In this document: positions 9,926 to 18,046 of the stretch, piece by piece | How the letters are laid out: every line of letters starts with the position of its first letter | How positions within the stretch are numbered: the stretch's first letter is position 1 | From: Candidatus Bathyarchaeota archaeon | GTDB taxonomy: Archaea > Thermoproteota > Bathyarchaeia > Bathyarchaeales > DTEX01 | Length of the DNA stretch: 38,148 bases | NCBI GenBank assembly: GCA_018397055.1 | Contig: JAGTQS010000003.1 | Location: forward strand, 1 to 38,148 | Direction: 5' to 3' | Translations under genes and position numbers: made by a program | Notes under the pieces: generated by a model | The model's database searches: none | The model's input: the letters and a program-made list of their open reading frames with translations, nothing else | Told to the model about the DNA's origin: nothing

Positions 9926-10051
9926 TCACATATATTTAAATATCCAACAACGAATCCAAAAATTCGTCCATTCTAACCTAGAATCGATTACGAATCTTAG
10001 ATCAAAAAAGTTGATGCCTATTAATTGTTTTTCTTAAAAATGGGCGTTTCT

Positions 10052-10162
10052 TGGTGCCGGGGGCTGGATTCGAACCCGCGACCTCTGGACATTGGGCGCT
10101 TGCCCTTTTTTTGTTCTCCAGATTATGAGTCTGGCGCCCAAACCAAGCTAGGCTACCCCGGC
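10052..10162 (-). tRNA. tRNA-Met (anticodon CAT at 10125..10127; elongator Met or Ile2 cannot be distinguished) with a 33-nt intron at a non-canonical position (variable-loop side, about 10083..10115) and encoded CCA
   Basis: Reverse complement reads GCCGGGG-TA-GCCT-AGCTTGGTTT-GGGC-G-CCAGA-CTCATAA-TCTGG-AG[33 nt]GTC-GCGGG-TTCGAAT-CCAGC-CCCCGGC-A-CCA. G1:C72 argues against an initiator. There is one G.A mismatch in the T stem. The intron has a central CUGG/CCAG helix with 3-nt bulges AGA/AGG. Confidence 0.8.
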
Positions 10163-10306
10163 TTAGGTTTCATGAATATTCTTGTTTTGTATGGCTTCAT
10201 TTAAATCTATTCTTGCATTAGAAGAATGTTGATAACTGTTTAAAGCATTTAATGAAGGTTTTAAATAAATTGAGCTCTATTTTATTTATCACGAGGCGAA
10301 TTACTC

Positions 10307-10633
10307 ATGGAAGTTTTTGTTCAAATTCTTACAACATGTGAGACGAAGGGTCAAGCTGAAAAAATTGCTGAAGCTTTGGTTGACAGAAAAATAGCTGGAT
10401 GCGTTCAAATTGTCGGTCCAGTCACGAGCATTTACCGTTGGAAGGGCAGAATTGAAAAGGCAGAAGAATGGCTGTGCATAATCAAGACGAAGGCAGAACT
10501 TTACAATGAAGTTGAGAAAACCTTAATTCAAAATCACACTTACGAGACGCCTGAAATAATCTCGACGCCAATAACAGCAGGCAGCACAGAATACCTTGAA
10601 TGGCTCGAAAATGAAGTTAGAACAGCCGAATAA
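10307..10633 (+). CDS. cutA: CutA divalent-cation tolerance protein
   Basis: 108 aa. 'AEKIAEALVDRKIAGCVQI', 'SIYRWKGRIE..EEW' and 'HTYETPEII' are typical CutA1 strings. Confidence 0.85.
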   Translation: MEVFVQILTTCETKGQAEKIAEALVDRKIAGCVQIVGPVTSIYRWKGRIEKAEEWLCIIKTKAELYNEVEKTLIQNHTYETPEIISTPITAGSTEYLEWLENEVRTAE

Positions 10634-10657
10634 TCATCTCTGACACAAGGTATCTCT

Positions 10658-11350
10658 TTATTGTTTTTTTCTTATTACCTTGATTCCTGTTTTGGTACCG
10701 ACAATCGCCACATCTGCCATGCCTAAAAACAAGCCTGTCTCAACCACGCCTGGAAGGGATTTCAATTTTCGGTCCAGCCGCAACGGATTCTTGATAACTC
10801 CGAAGTCCACGTTAAGAACGTAATTGCCGTTATCAGTAATAAAGGGGCTACCCAAGCTGCTTTTTTTCAGAACTGGTTGCCCGCCTATCTTCCTTATTTT
10901 AGACGTGACAAAAGGCAAAGCAAAGGGTAGAACCTCAACTGGCAAAGGCTGATTTTTACCTAAAGCGTCCGTGAGCTTAGATTCATCACCAATAACTACG
11001 AAGGTTTTTGAGGCTGAAGCCACTATTTTCTCCCTTGTCAAGGCACCTCCCATGCCCTTAATGAGATTTAACTTTTCATCAATCTGGTCAGCGCCATCGA
11101 TATCCAAATCTAACTGTAAATGCTCATCAAGGGATGTCAATGGAATCCCGTACTCTCTTGCCAATTTAGAGGTTTGACTAGAAGCAGAAACAACAGAAAC
11201 ATGAAAGTATTCCTCCTTTATTTTTCGCCCAATCTCTCTTAAAGCGTAAGCAACTGTTGAGCCAGCACCAATACCAAGGACAAACCCGTCTTTAACCAGT
11301 TTAACAGCTTCAACAGCTGCTCTTTCTTTGGCTGACTCCCTCCATGCCAT
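10658..11350 (-). CDS. rpiA: Ribose-5-phosphate isomerase A
   Basis: 230 aa. 'GIGAGSTV', 'DIDGADQID', 'KGMGGALTREKIV' and 'VETGLF' are RpiA motifs. Confidence 0.9.
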   Translation of the reverse strand: MAWRESAKERAAVEAVKLVKDGFVLGIGAGSTVAYALREIGRKIKEEYFHVSVVSASSQTSKLAREYGIPLTSLDEHLQLDLDIDGADQIDEKLNLIKGMGGALTREKIVASASKTFVVIGDESKLTDALGKNQPLPVEVLPFALPFVTSKIRKIGGQPVLKKSSLGSPFITDNGNYVLNVDFGVIKNPLRLDRKLKSLPGVVETGLFLGMADVAIVGTKTGIKVIRKKQ

Positions 11351-12121
11351 TTACTCCTCAACTTCCATTTTGTTAAGTTTTTTCAAAACCTTCTCCACGT
11401 CAGCCAAGATTTGCTCAACCTTTTTCTCCGCTTCGCCCGCCTCCTGTTCATGCGAAGGCTTTGACTTAATTGCCTTCTTTTTTGTCTCAGCTGGTTTTTC
11501 ATTGGGCTGTTTAGGTTCTTCTGCCTTCTCTTCCTTAGACTCTTCTTGTGGTTCTACTTGAACTTTCAACTGATCAAGATAGCCAAGTTCCTTTTTTATT
11601 TCAGAAGCAATAGCTTCCTTAGTTGACTGGTCTATTAAGCCGATTTTTTGCCTCAAATCTTCAATTTTTTTGTTTATTTCTTCAAATTGTTCGGTAAACA
11701 TTTTTATGAGTTCATCACGAACCTTTTCAAGTTGATTTAGAGCAACAATCGTTTCACCTTTTTCAATTCCCTGTTTGATTCTGGAAAGGTCCATGCTGTA
11801 TTTCTGTAAAAGCTGATCTCTTTCAGCCTCTGTAATTTTCCCCACGGCACTAGCCTCATAGAGCCTTCTAACTGCATCACTGAGAATCTCTCTTTCAACA
11901 TCAAGCAGCCTAAGTTTCTCCTTAGCTTCTGAAATAACTTCCGTGGAAATTGACTTCTGAACAGTCTGAGGTAAAGAGATCTCTGTTTGCACTTTACCTA
12001 GTTTTGAAGGCTCCTCCTGTGGTGGCTTTTCCTTTTCCCGCTGCATAACAAGAACTATGATTAATCCTACAGCCACGGTTGCTGAAACAAGTAACAGCCA
12101 AAACCAAAGATCTGCGTTCAC
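11351..12121 (-). CDS. N-terminally membrane-anchored coiled-coil protein with K/E-rich tail (function unknown)
   Basis: 256 aa. One N-terminal TM helix 'LWFWLLLVSATVAVGLIIVLVM', then heptad-like charged sequence and a KE-rich C-terminus. Its stop abuts the rpiA start. Confidence 0.55.
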   Translation of the reverse strand: MNADLWFWLLLVSATVAVGLIIVLVMQREKEKPPQEEPSKLGKVQTEISLPQTVQKSISTEVISEAKEKLRLLDVEREILSDAVRRLYEASAVGKITEAERDQLLQKYSMDLSRIKQGIEKGETIVALNQLEKVRDELIKMFTEQFEEINKKIEDLRQKIGLIDQSTKEAIASEIKKELGYLDQLKVQVEPQEESKEEKAEEPKQPNEKPAETKKKAIKSKPSHEQEAGEAEKKVEQILADVEKVLKKLNKMEVEE

Positions 12122-12231
12122 AAGGTTCCCTCAACAATGGATTGGTAAACGCACTCCAAACATATAATTTTTCCGCAGTCACAGACTACAATTGCAGCCA
12201 TACATAAAATTGGAAACAACCTGGAAGAATC

Positions 12232-12940
12232 TTAATATAAAAATCTGTGTCCATGTTTTCCGACAAGAGGAACAAAAGCAACTCCTCCCAGATCTTCCTC
12301 TTTAAAATCACCGTTAAGTTTAGTTAAACGGAGAAGAGTTTGATAAAATCCAATTGCTCCGACTGGAATAACAATGATGCCGCCTTTTTTTAATTGGTCC
12401 TTAAAAGGAGGGGGAACATAGGGTGCAGCAGCAGTCACATATATTCTATCAAACGGAGCTTTTTCAGGATAGCCTTCAGAACCATCCTTACAGATTATTG
12501 TGATCCTTTCGTTATAACCAGCATTATTAATATTTTTCTGGGCTAATTCTGCAAGTTTCGGAACAATTTCAATTGAGAAAACATGGCCCCATCTCTCTTT
12601 AGGCACGTTACTCGGCGCCACAATTTCAGCAACAGTTGCAGCGTGCCACCCACACCCAGACCCAACCTCAAGAACAATGTGCCCCACTTCCAGTTTCAGG
12701 GCTTCATTCATTATCGAAACCATGTCTCGCCTGACTGACCGTGTAAAATCAGCCAAGTGGCGCAGAAACCGTTTGCCCTGAACCTATAGGCAATGGTGTA
12801 TCAACCACTGCTGCCGCCTTGTCGTTTTCTGAAAGGAAAAGATGCCTTGGCACCATCCGCATTGCTCTTATCACAGCGGTCGTTTTTAGTATGCCGCATC
12901 CTATGAGTTCACGTATCAAGTTTTCCCACGAATTATTCAA
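12232..12940 (-). CDS. pcm: Protein-L-isoaspartate O-methyltransferase, reading frame interrupted by a 31-nt intervening sequence (12726..12756)
   Basis: The two ORF-track pieces are 12749..12940 ('...PLPIGSGQTVSAPLG*') and 12232..12756 ('...DMVSIMNEALKLEVGHIVLEVGSGCGWHAATVAEIV...GGVAFVPLVG'). Together they give a PIMT of about 225 aa. Deleting 12726..12756 yields '...GQTVSAPHMVSIMNE...'. Confidence 0.85.
12726..12756 (-). other. 31-nt intervening sequence in pcm with a bulge-helix-bulge fold (candidate endonuclease-spliced mRNA intron)
   Basis: Minus strand reads CGCC-AC|U-UGGCUGA-UUUUACACGG-UCAGUCA-GGCG-AG|A. This gives a 4-bp central helix CGCC/GGCG, 3-nt bulges ACU and AGA on opposite strands, and a 7-bp inner helix with one G.U. 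The junctions deduced from the protein fall after nt 2 of each bulge. Confidence 0.55.
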
Positions 12941-13104
12941 TAACCATCCCCTTAAGTTTGATTTTCAGATAAGCAATATGAGGACAGTATGTATAAATAT
13001 AATTTTAAGGGAAAACATAATTTAACGTTTTTAAACTGAGCCATGAAGTTATCAAAAAATGTTATACGTTTCTAATTAACAATTCAAAATTTTACCTTTG
13101 TTTT

Positions 13105-14928
13105 CTATTTTACTGTTACAGATTTCGCTAGGTTACGCGGTTTGTCGGGATTCAACCCTTTTTCCATTGCCATGTAATAGGCTAGAAGCTGCAAAGGCGT
13201 GATGAATGCGATTGGCGTAAGTATTTCAGGAAGGCTGCCAGCAACTTCGAAGTATTTGTCTGATAGGCTCTTAATTTCCTCGTCTCCTTCTTCAATAACT
13301 GAAATTATTGTAGCACCTCTTGCCTTCATCTCCATTATGTTTCCAATAATGTTTTTTCGAGTTTCATCTTTGGGGCATATGAACACTACTGGAAACCCTG
13401 GTTCAATGAGGCTTATAGGACCATGCTTACTTTCGCCTGCTGGATACGCGATCGACGGAACATAAGCGATCTCCATCAGCTTAAGCCTAGCTTCGTGCGC
13501 TGTGGCGGAGCTTATTCCCCTACCTAAGAAAAAGAATACTTGTTTGTCTTTGAATTCCTTGGCAACTTTTCTTGCAACTGAATCGTTCTTTTTAATGGTA
13601 TTTTCCACTATGTCAGGCATTTGACGAATCTTTGCTTCTAACTCCTCAATTTGGCGATGTCCAATTTTCCCCCGAATTTTTGCCACCCTTAGGGCGAGCT
13701 GAGCAAGAACAGATAGCTGAGACGTAAAAGTCTTTGTTGCTGCAACGCCAATCTCTGGACCTGACTGCTGAACTATGTATACTCTTGAAACTCTTGTTAA
13801 TGAGGAACCAACTACATTAGTCAAACCAAGTATTGTTGCAGCGCGGTTACGAGCATAATCAACGGCAGCCAAAGTATCAGTGGTTTCTCCAGACTGGCTA
13901 ACAGCGAGGATTGTGCTATTAATGTTCACAGCCATACCCTCTTGTTCAATGAACTCGGACGAAATCACTGGATGCGTAGCTAAAAATGCGAGATCCGAAA
14001 ACATGTACGAGGCGGCAAGACAAGCATGGTACGATGTGCCCGCAGCGACAAGAAAAACCTCGCCAGCTCGATCCATGAAAGTTGCCATTAAATCAAGGTA
14101 TAAATCCTGAAGCCTCAAAGTGTCTCTTAGACACCTTGGCTGCTCGTAAATCTCCTTGATCATAAAGTGAGGGTAACCTTGTTTTTCAGCCATCTCTGCA
14201 GTCCATTTAATTAGCTCGGGTTCTCTTTTAACGGGCTTAAAATCTTCTATCGTCCAGATTTCGTATTTGTCAGATTTGATTACAGCAATTTCGCCATTCT
14301 CAAGAATTACTGCTCTATTCGTCAAAGGAAGGAAAGCAGGAATGTCTGAAGCACAGTATGTTCCTTTTTCACTAACGCCGATGATGAGTGGACTTTCGTT
14401 TCTAGCACATACTATTGTGTTAGGTTCAAAGACTGATAGCACCGCAATAGCATATGAACCTCTAATGGTTTTTAATGCCTCACGCACAGCTTCTATGAGA
14501 TTTATTCCTTTTTTCATGTTTTCCTCGATAAGATGGGGAATAACTTCTGTGTCAGTTTTAGATCTAAATTCATGTCCTAAAGCCTCAAGTTCCTTCCTAA
14601 TTTCTAAAAAGTTTTCAACTATACCGTTATGAACGACCGCGATTTTATTTTGGCAATCAGTATGTGGATGGGCATTTACTTTATATGGGGCTCCATGAGT
14701 CGCCCACCTAGTGTGCCCAATTCCTATGCTTCCTTCCATATCGTCAAGGTTTAGTTCTTTATGAACCTCGTCAATTTTTCCTTGATCCTTCTTAATGTAC
14801 ATGGCGCCATCAAATAGAGTTACTTCTCCCACTGAATCATAACCTCTATATTCAAGTCTCTTAAGAGCGGCATGAATTAAAGGAGCAGCTTTACCTTCTT
14901 TCAATGCACACCCAAAAATTCCACACAT
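13105..14928 (-). CDS. glmS: Glutamine--fructose-6-phosphate aminotransferase (isomerising)
   Basis: 607 aa. Ntn-amidotransferase start 'MCGIFG', two SIS domains ('GTSYHA', 'SQSGETTDT') and C-terminal 'LAKSVTVK'. Confidence 0.95.
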   Translation of the reverse strand: MCGIFGCALKEGKAAPLIHAALKRLEYRGYDSVGEVTLFDGAMYIKKDQGKIDEVHKELNLDDMEGSIGIGHTRWATHGAPYKVNAHPHTDCQNKIAVVHNGIVENFLEIRKELEALGHEFRSKTDTEVIPHLIEENMKKGINLIEAVREALKTIRGSYAIAVLSVFEPNTIVCARNESPLIIGVSEKGTYCASDIPAFLPLTNRAVILENGEIAVIKSDKYEIWTIEDFKPVKREPELIKWTAEMAEKQGYPHFMIKEIYEQPRCLRDTLRLQDLYLDLMATFMDRAGEVFLVAAGTSYHACLAASYMFSDLAFLATHPVISSEFIEQEGMAVNINSTILAVSQSGETTDTLAAVDYARNRAATILGLTNVVGSSLTRVSRVYIVQQSGPEIGVAATKTFTSQLSVLAQLALRVAKIRGKIGHRQIEELEAKIRQMPDIVENTIKKNDSVARKVAKEFKDKQVFFFLGRGISSATAHEARLKLMEIAYVPSIAYPAGESKHGPISLIEPGFPVVFICPKDETRKNIIGNIMEMKARGATIISVIEEGDEEIKSLSDKYFEVAGSLPEILTPIAFITPLQLLAYYMAMEKGLNPDKPRNLAKSVTVK

Positions 14929-15145
14929 ACATAGAACCTCTTATCTTTATATCATTCCTTTTCTTTTTATTAACCACGTTACAGTTTGTTAACACAACAC
15001 GTTAAATAAATAAAATAAAATTCATGATATTTATGCATTAATAGACAAATTATCCATAATATAATTATCATCTTTTCCATTCTAAAAGTAAACCGAAAAC
15101 ATGGACATAAAAAATTTAAACCAACCCTTCCAATAATCACTAGAA

Positions 15146-15240
15146 GCGGCCGTAGTCTAGCTTGGTTAGGACGCCGGCCTCCCAATCAATTTAGGAGAAG
15201 AAAGCCGACAGCCCGGGTTCAAATCTCGGCGGCCGCACCA
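15146..15240 (+). tRNA. tRNA-Gly (anticodon CCC at 15181..15183) with an 18-nt intron at the canonical 37/38 position (about 15185..15202) and encoded CCA
   Basis: GCGGCCG-TA-GTCT-AGCTTGGTTA-GGAC-G-CCGGC-CTCCCA[ATCAATTTAGGAGAAGAA]A-GCCGA-CAGC-CCGGG-TTCAAAT-CTCGG-CGGCCGC-A-CCA. Intron GGAG pairs with anticodon-loop CUCC. There is a C27.A43 mismatch and a 4-nt variable loop. Confidence 0.8.
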
Positions 15241-15449
15241 ATTTTGTAAAAAAATTTGAATGAGATAATTATCAAACGTGTTGATAATTTTTCATCTTCT
15301 TTTAATTTTGTTGATGTGCAATTTTCCTTTGATACAATCTTTTTGTTTAAGTTTGTTCTTAATTTTGTGTACAAAAATGTACTAATAAGATTTAAATATG
15401 ACATGCGGGTGCTATAGAAAATTAACAAATCAAAACATAGGCGAAAAGA

Positions 15450-16841
15450 ATGCAGCAAAGAAAAATATTTTTAGATGATGAAGAACTGCCAAAGCAATGG
15501 TACAGCATAATTCCCGATTTACCTAAGCCTTTACCGCCAACGATTGAACCGGACAAAAGACAACCTGGACCTGGAATAGTTCCGTTAATTTTTCCTAAGG
15601 CAATTATTGGTCAGGAAATTAGCAAAGAAAGATTCATCGACATTCCTGACGAAGTAAGAGAAGTATACAAGCTTTGGAGACCAACTCCGCTTTTTAGGGC
15701 TATGGCACTTGAGAAGGCTTTGAAGACGCCAGCCAAAATTTACTATAAATATGAAGGTGTTAGTCCTCCTGGAAGCCACAAACCAAACACCGCTGTAGCC
15801 CAAGCCTACTACAACATGAAGGAAGGCACAGAACGTATGGCTACTGAAACAGGTGCTGGGCAGTGGGGTTCAGCGTTGGCATTTGGTTGCATGTTGTTTG
15901 GGTTGAAATGCACAGTTTACATGGTAAAGGCTAGCTACAATCAAAAACCATATCGAAGAATAATGATGGAATCCTATGGTGCTGATGTTTACGCAAGCCC
16001 AAGCGAAGAAACAGAGAGTGGAAGAAAAATTCTGAAAGATGACCCAGATAATCCTGGCAGTTTAGGAATAGCGATAAGCGAAGCTGTTGAGGATGCACTT
16101 AAGAATGAGAAGGTTAAATATGGCATAGGAAGCGTCTTTAACCACGTATTACTGCACCAAACGGTGATTGGCTTAGAAGCAAAGAAACAGATGGAAGCCG
16201 TAGATGACTATCCAGACATAATATACGGCTGTATAGGCGGCGGAAGCAGCTTTTCAGGTCTTTTTTGGCCCTTTTATTATGATAAAGTTTCTGGAAAAGC
16301 TCCGAAAGATGTGCAATTCGTCGCTACTGAAGCGACGGCTTGCCCAAAGGTTACTAAAGGAGAATACACTTTTGACCATGGAGACACCGCGAGGCTTACT
16401 CCTTTAGTTCCGATGCACACAATAGGGCATGATTTTATTCCTGCTCCAATACACGCTGGAGGGCTTCGCTATCACGGAATTGCTCCAACCATAAGCCGAT
16501 TAGTCTCAGAGAAGAAGATGCAAACGAAGGCTTACAATCAAGTTGAGGTATTTGATGCAGCTAAGATCTTTATAAACACTGAAGGCATAATTCCAGCTCC
16601 TGAACCTGCCCATGCAATTAAAGGGGTTGTCGACGAGGCCTTACGATGTAAGAAGACCGGAGAAAAGAAGACCATAATGTTCTTATTATGCGGGCATGGA
16701 TATTTCGACATGCAGGCTTACGCAGACTACTTTAGTGGAAAACTATTACCCTATGAATATCCTGCAGAAAAAGTCGCAGAGGCAATGCAAAGATTAAAGA
16801 AATTATACCCGTGGTTGGACGAACTCAAGAAGATTATATAA
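15450..16841 (+). CDS. trpB2: TrpB2-type (TrpB-like) PLP-dependent enzyme, stand-alone
   Basis: 463 aa. PLP-lysine context '[13 protein letters not shown]', '[11 protein letters not shown]', and the long N-terminal extension typical of TrpB2. No other trp genes are adjacent. Confidence 0.85.
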   Translation: MQQRKIFLDDEELPKQWYSIIPDLPKPLPPTIEPDKRQPGPGIVPLIFPKAIIGQEISKERFIDIPDEVREVYKLWRPTPLFRAMALEKALKTPAKIYYKYEGVSPPGSHKPNTAVAQAYYNMKEGTERMATETGAGQWGSALAFGCMLFGLKCTVYMVKASYNQKPYRRIMMESYGADVYASPSEETESGRKILKDDPDNPGSLGIAISEAVEDALKNEKVKYGIGSVFNHVLLHQTVIGLEAKKQMEAVDDYPDIIYGCIGGGSSFSGLFWPFYYDKVSGKAPKDVQFVATEATACPKVTKGEYTFDHGDTARLTPLVPMHTIGHDFIPAPIHAGGLRYHGIAPTISRLVSEKKMQTKAYNQVEVFDAAKIFINTEGIIPAPEPAHAIKGVVDEALRCKKTGEKKTIMFLLCGHGYFDMQAYADYFSGKLLPYEYPAEKVAEAMQRLKKLYPWLDELKKII

Positions 16842-16947
16842 TAGGTTTGTCATCAATAACGTGTAATTTTTAATAAATGCGTTCCTCTTTTTCTTTTTCA
16901 AATCTTTTATATTGCATCATTATTTATTGTAAACCATTACTTTCTCT

Positions 16948-17754
16948 TTGGTGGACGATTTGAAACTTGGCTTTAGTACAGTGATGTATGAGAATTCTGG
17001 TTTGTCGCATCAGCAAATTGTGGAAAAAGCGGCTTTTCTTGGCTATCAAGGCATTGAACTTAACTTTAAAGAGTGGCCCACTGATTTTAAAGTGGATTCA
17101 ATAAAGAATTCTTCACAAGAATATGGTATAGAGGTTGCTGCGATAGGTACAAGACATTTGTACATTACACATAATCTTTACCTTACCTCTCCTAAGCCGA
17201 AGGTTAAGAGGAAATCCTTCGAATATTTAACAGAATGCATGAAAATTGCCGATAAACTTAACTGCAATGTTATTCAGGCAGGCTGGGCATTTCAAGGATC
17301 AATTTTGGAGACCTCGTACAATGATGCGTGGAAAATAGCGGTAAATAGCCTAAAAGACGTAAGTAATCTTTGCAGACGATATAATAAAACCTTCGTTGTC
17401 GAATTTGCATGTAAACAGAATGCTCAATTGTTAAATACCTTGGATGACACACTGCGCATGCTTGACGAGGTTGGAGAAGACAATGTTTTTGTTATGATCG
17501 ATATATATCATGTACACCAAGAAAATTACCCTCTTAGAAAATGTGTTCATAAGGCAAATAAAAAATTGGCGTACGTCCACTTGGCAAACAATGAAAGGCT
17601 ACCTCCAGGAAAAGGAATTATTAACTTTAGAGAGTTCATTGATGCGTTAAAAGAAATCCATTATAATGGATACTTAATAATGGAATACGAAGCCAGATCA
17701 GAGATTGATAAGTCATTGAAAGATGCTTTAAATTTTATAATGAAGCTTTTATGA
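16948..17754 (+). CDS. Sugar phosphate isomerase/epimerase (xylose-isomerase-like TIM barrel)
   Basis: 268 aa with a TTG start. 'GYQGIELNF', 'FVVEF', 'VMIDIYH', 'YVHLANN' and 'YNGYLIMEYE' follow the AP-endonuclease-2/xylose-isomerase-like barrel pattern. Confidence 0.7.
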   Translation: MVDDLKLGFSTVMYENSGLSHQQIVEKAAFLGYQGIELNFKEWPTDFKVDSIKNSSQEYGIEVAAIGTRHLYITHNLYLTSPKPKVKRKSFEYLTECMKIADKLNCNVIQAGWAFQGSILETSYNDAWKIAVNSLKDVSNLCRRYNKTFVVEFACKQNAQLLNTLDDTLRMLDEVGEDNVFVMIDIYHVHQENYPLRKCVHKANKKLAYVHLANNERLPPGKGIINFREFIDALKEIHYNGYLIMEYEARSEIDKSLKDALNFIMKLL

Positions 17755-17762
17755 GTGAACTA

Positions 17763-17774
17763 CCACAACCTTTT
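17763..17774. repeat. 12-nt direct repeat copy 1 (CCACAACCTTTT); also the 5' arm of the hairpin CCACAACC/GGTTGTGG
   Basis: Matches 18035..18046 at 11 of 12 positions. The two copies bracket the GC-rich island. Confidence 0.5.
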
Positions 17775-17783
17775 AGGTTGTGG

Positions 17784-18010
17784 CTTCTTGCTTCTGAGGT
17801 CAGACTCGGTCTCTGCTCACCCAGAGCATAGGTTTCCCTCGGCGAAACCGTTTCCGCAAACCACGTCTGGAAGGCAGGTTGCGATGGTCTCGGTCTCCAC
17901 AAGCGCAACTTCGGCCTGTCCCACGCCCAGCGAGGAACAGTTATCAGTAAGAGAAAGGATGTGTTTCGGTATCATCCCCAGCCTAAAGTTCTGGGGACTT
18001 CCCGCCTCGT
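17784..18010. ncRNA. Probable structured non-coding RNA of unassigned class (boundaries and strand uncertain)
   Basis: Visibly GC-rich island in an AT-rich genome, as are the two tRNAs. It has several perfect local stems: GGTTTC/GAAACC, AGGTTGCG/CGCAACTT, GGATG/CATCC, TCCCCAG/CTGGGGA and AGCGAGG/CCTCGTT. The only ORFs here are mutually overlapping on both strands and have non-protein-like composition. Confidence 0.45.
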
Positions 18011-18034
18011 TAAAACTTAAAACTGCTGATTGTT

Positions 18035-18046
18035 CCATAACCTTTT
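18035..18046. repeat. 12-nt direct repeat copy 2 (CCATAACCTTTT)
   Basis: 11/12 identity to 17763..17774. It can also pair with GGTTGTGG (17776..17783; 8 bp, one G.U). Confidence 0.5.

Noticed and set aside
11994-12182. 62-aa ORF overlapping the start of the coiled-coil gene
   Set aside because: It is out of frame with, and overlaps, the better-supported 256-aa ORF, and it has no recognisable features.
12726-12760. pcm split explained by programmed ribosomal frameshifting or a simple 1-nt frameshift
   Set aside because: The two frames are separated by 31 extra nt, which would add about 10 foreign codons inside the conserved SAPHM motif and which contain an in-frame stop. A single slip cannot restore the motif, whereas precise excision does. 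A pseudogene or assembly error is not excluded (see finding).
14979-15458. 68-aa and 79-aa minus-strand ORFs around tRNA-Gly
   Set aside because: Both overlap the tRNA gene or its AT-rich flanks. The products are hydrophobic or low-complexity with no motif, and the region is better explained as tRNA plus promoter spacers.
17784-18010. Assignment of the island as SRP (7S) RNA or RNase P RNA
   Set aside because: Only partial look-alikes of the helix-8 GGAA/AGCA motif and of CR-I GAGGAAAGUCC were found. There is no UGUAA-type Alu motif, no long 5'/3' helix and no P4 partner strand. I cannot support either name without a covariance-model search.
17763-18046. 12-nt direct repeats as target-site duplications of a mobile element
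   Set aside because: There are no terminal inverted repeats, transposase or integrase, and no tRNA-gene attachment at this site. The repeats are reported as an observation only, not as a mobile element.
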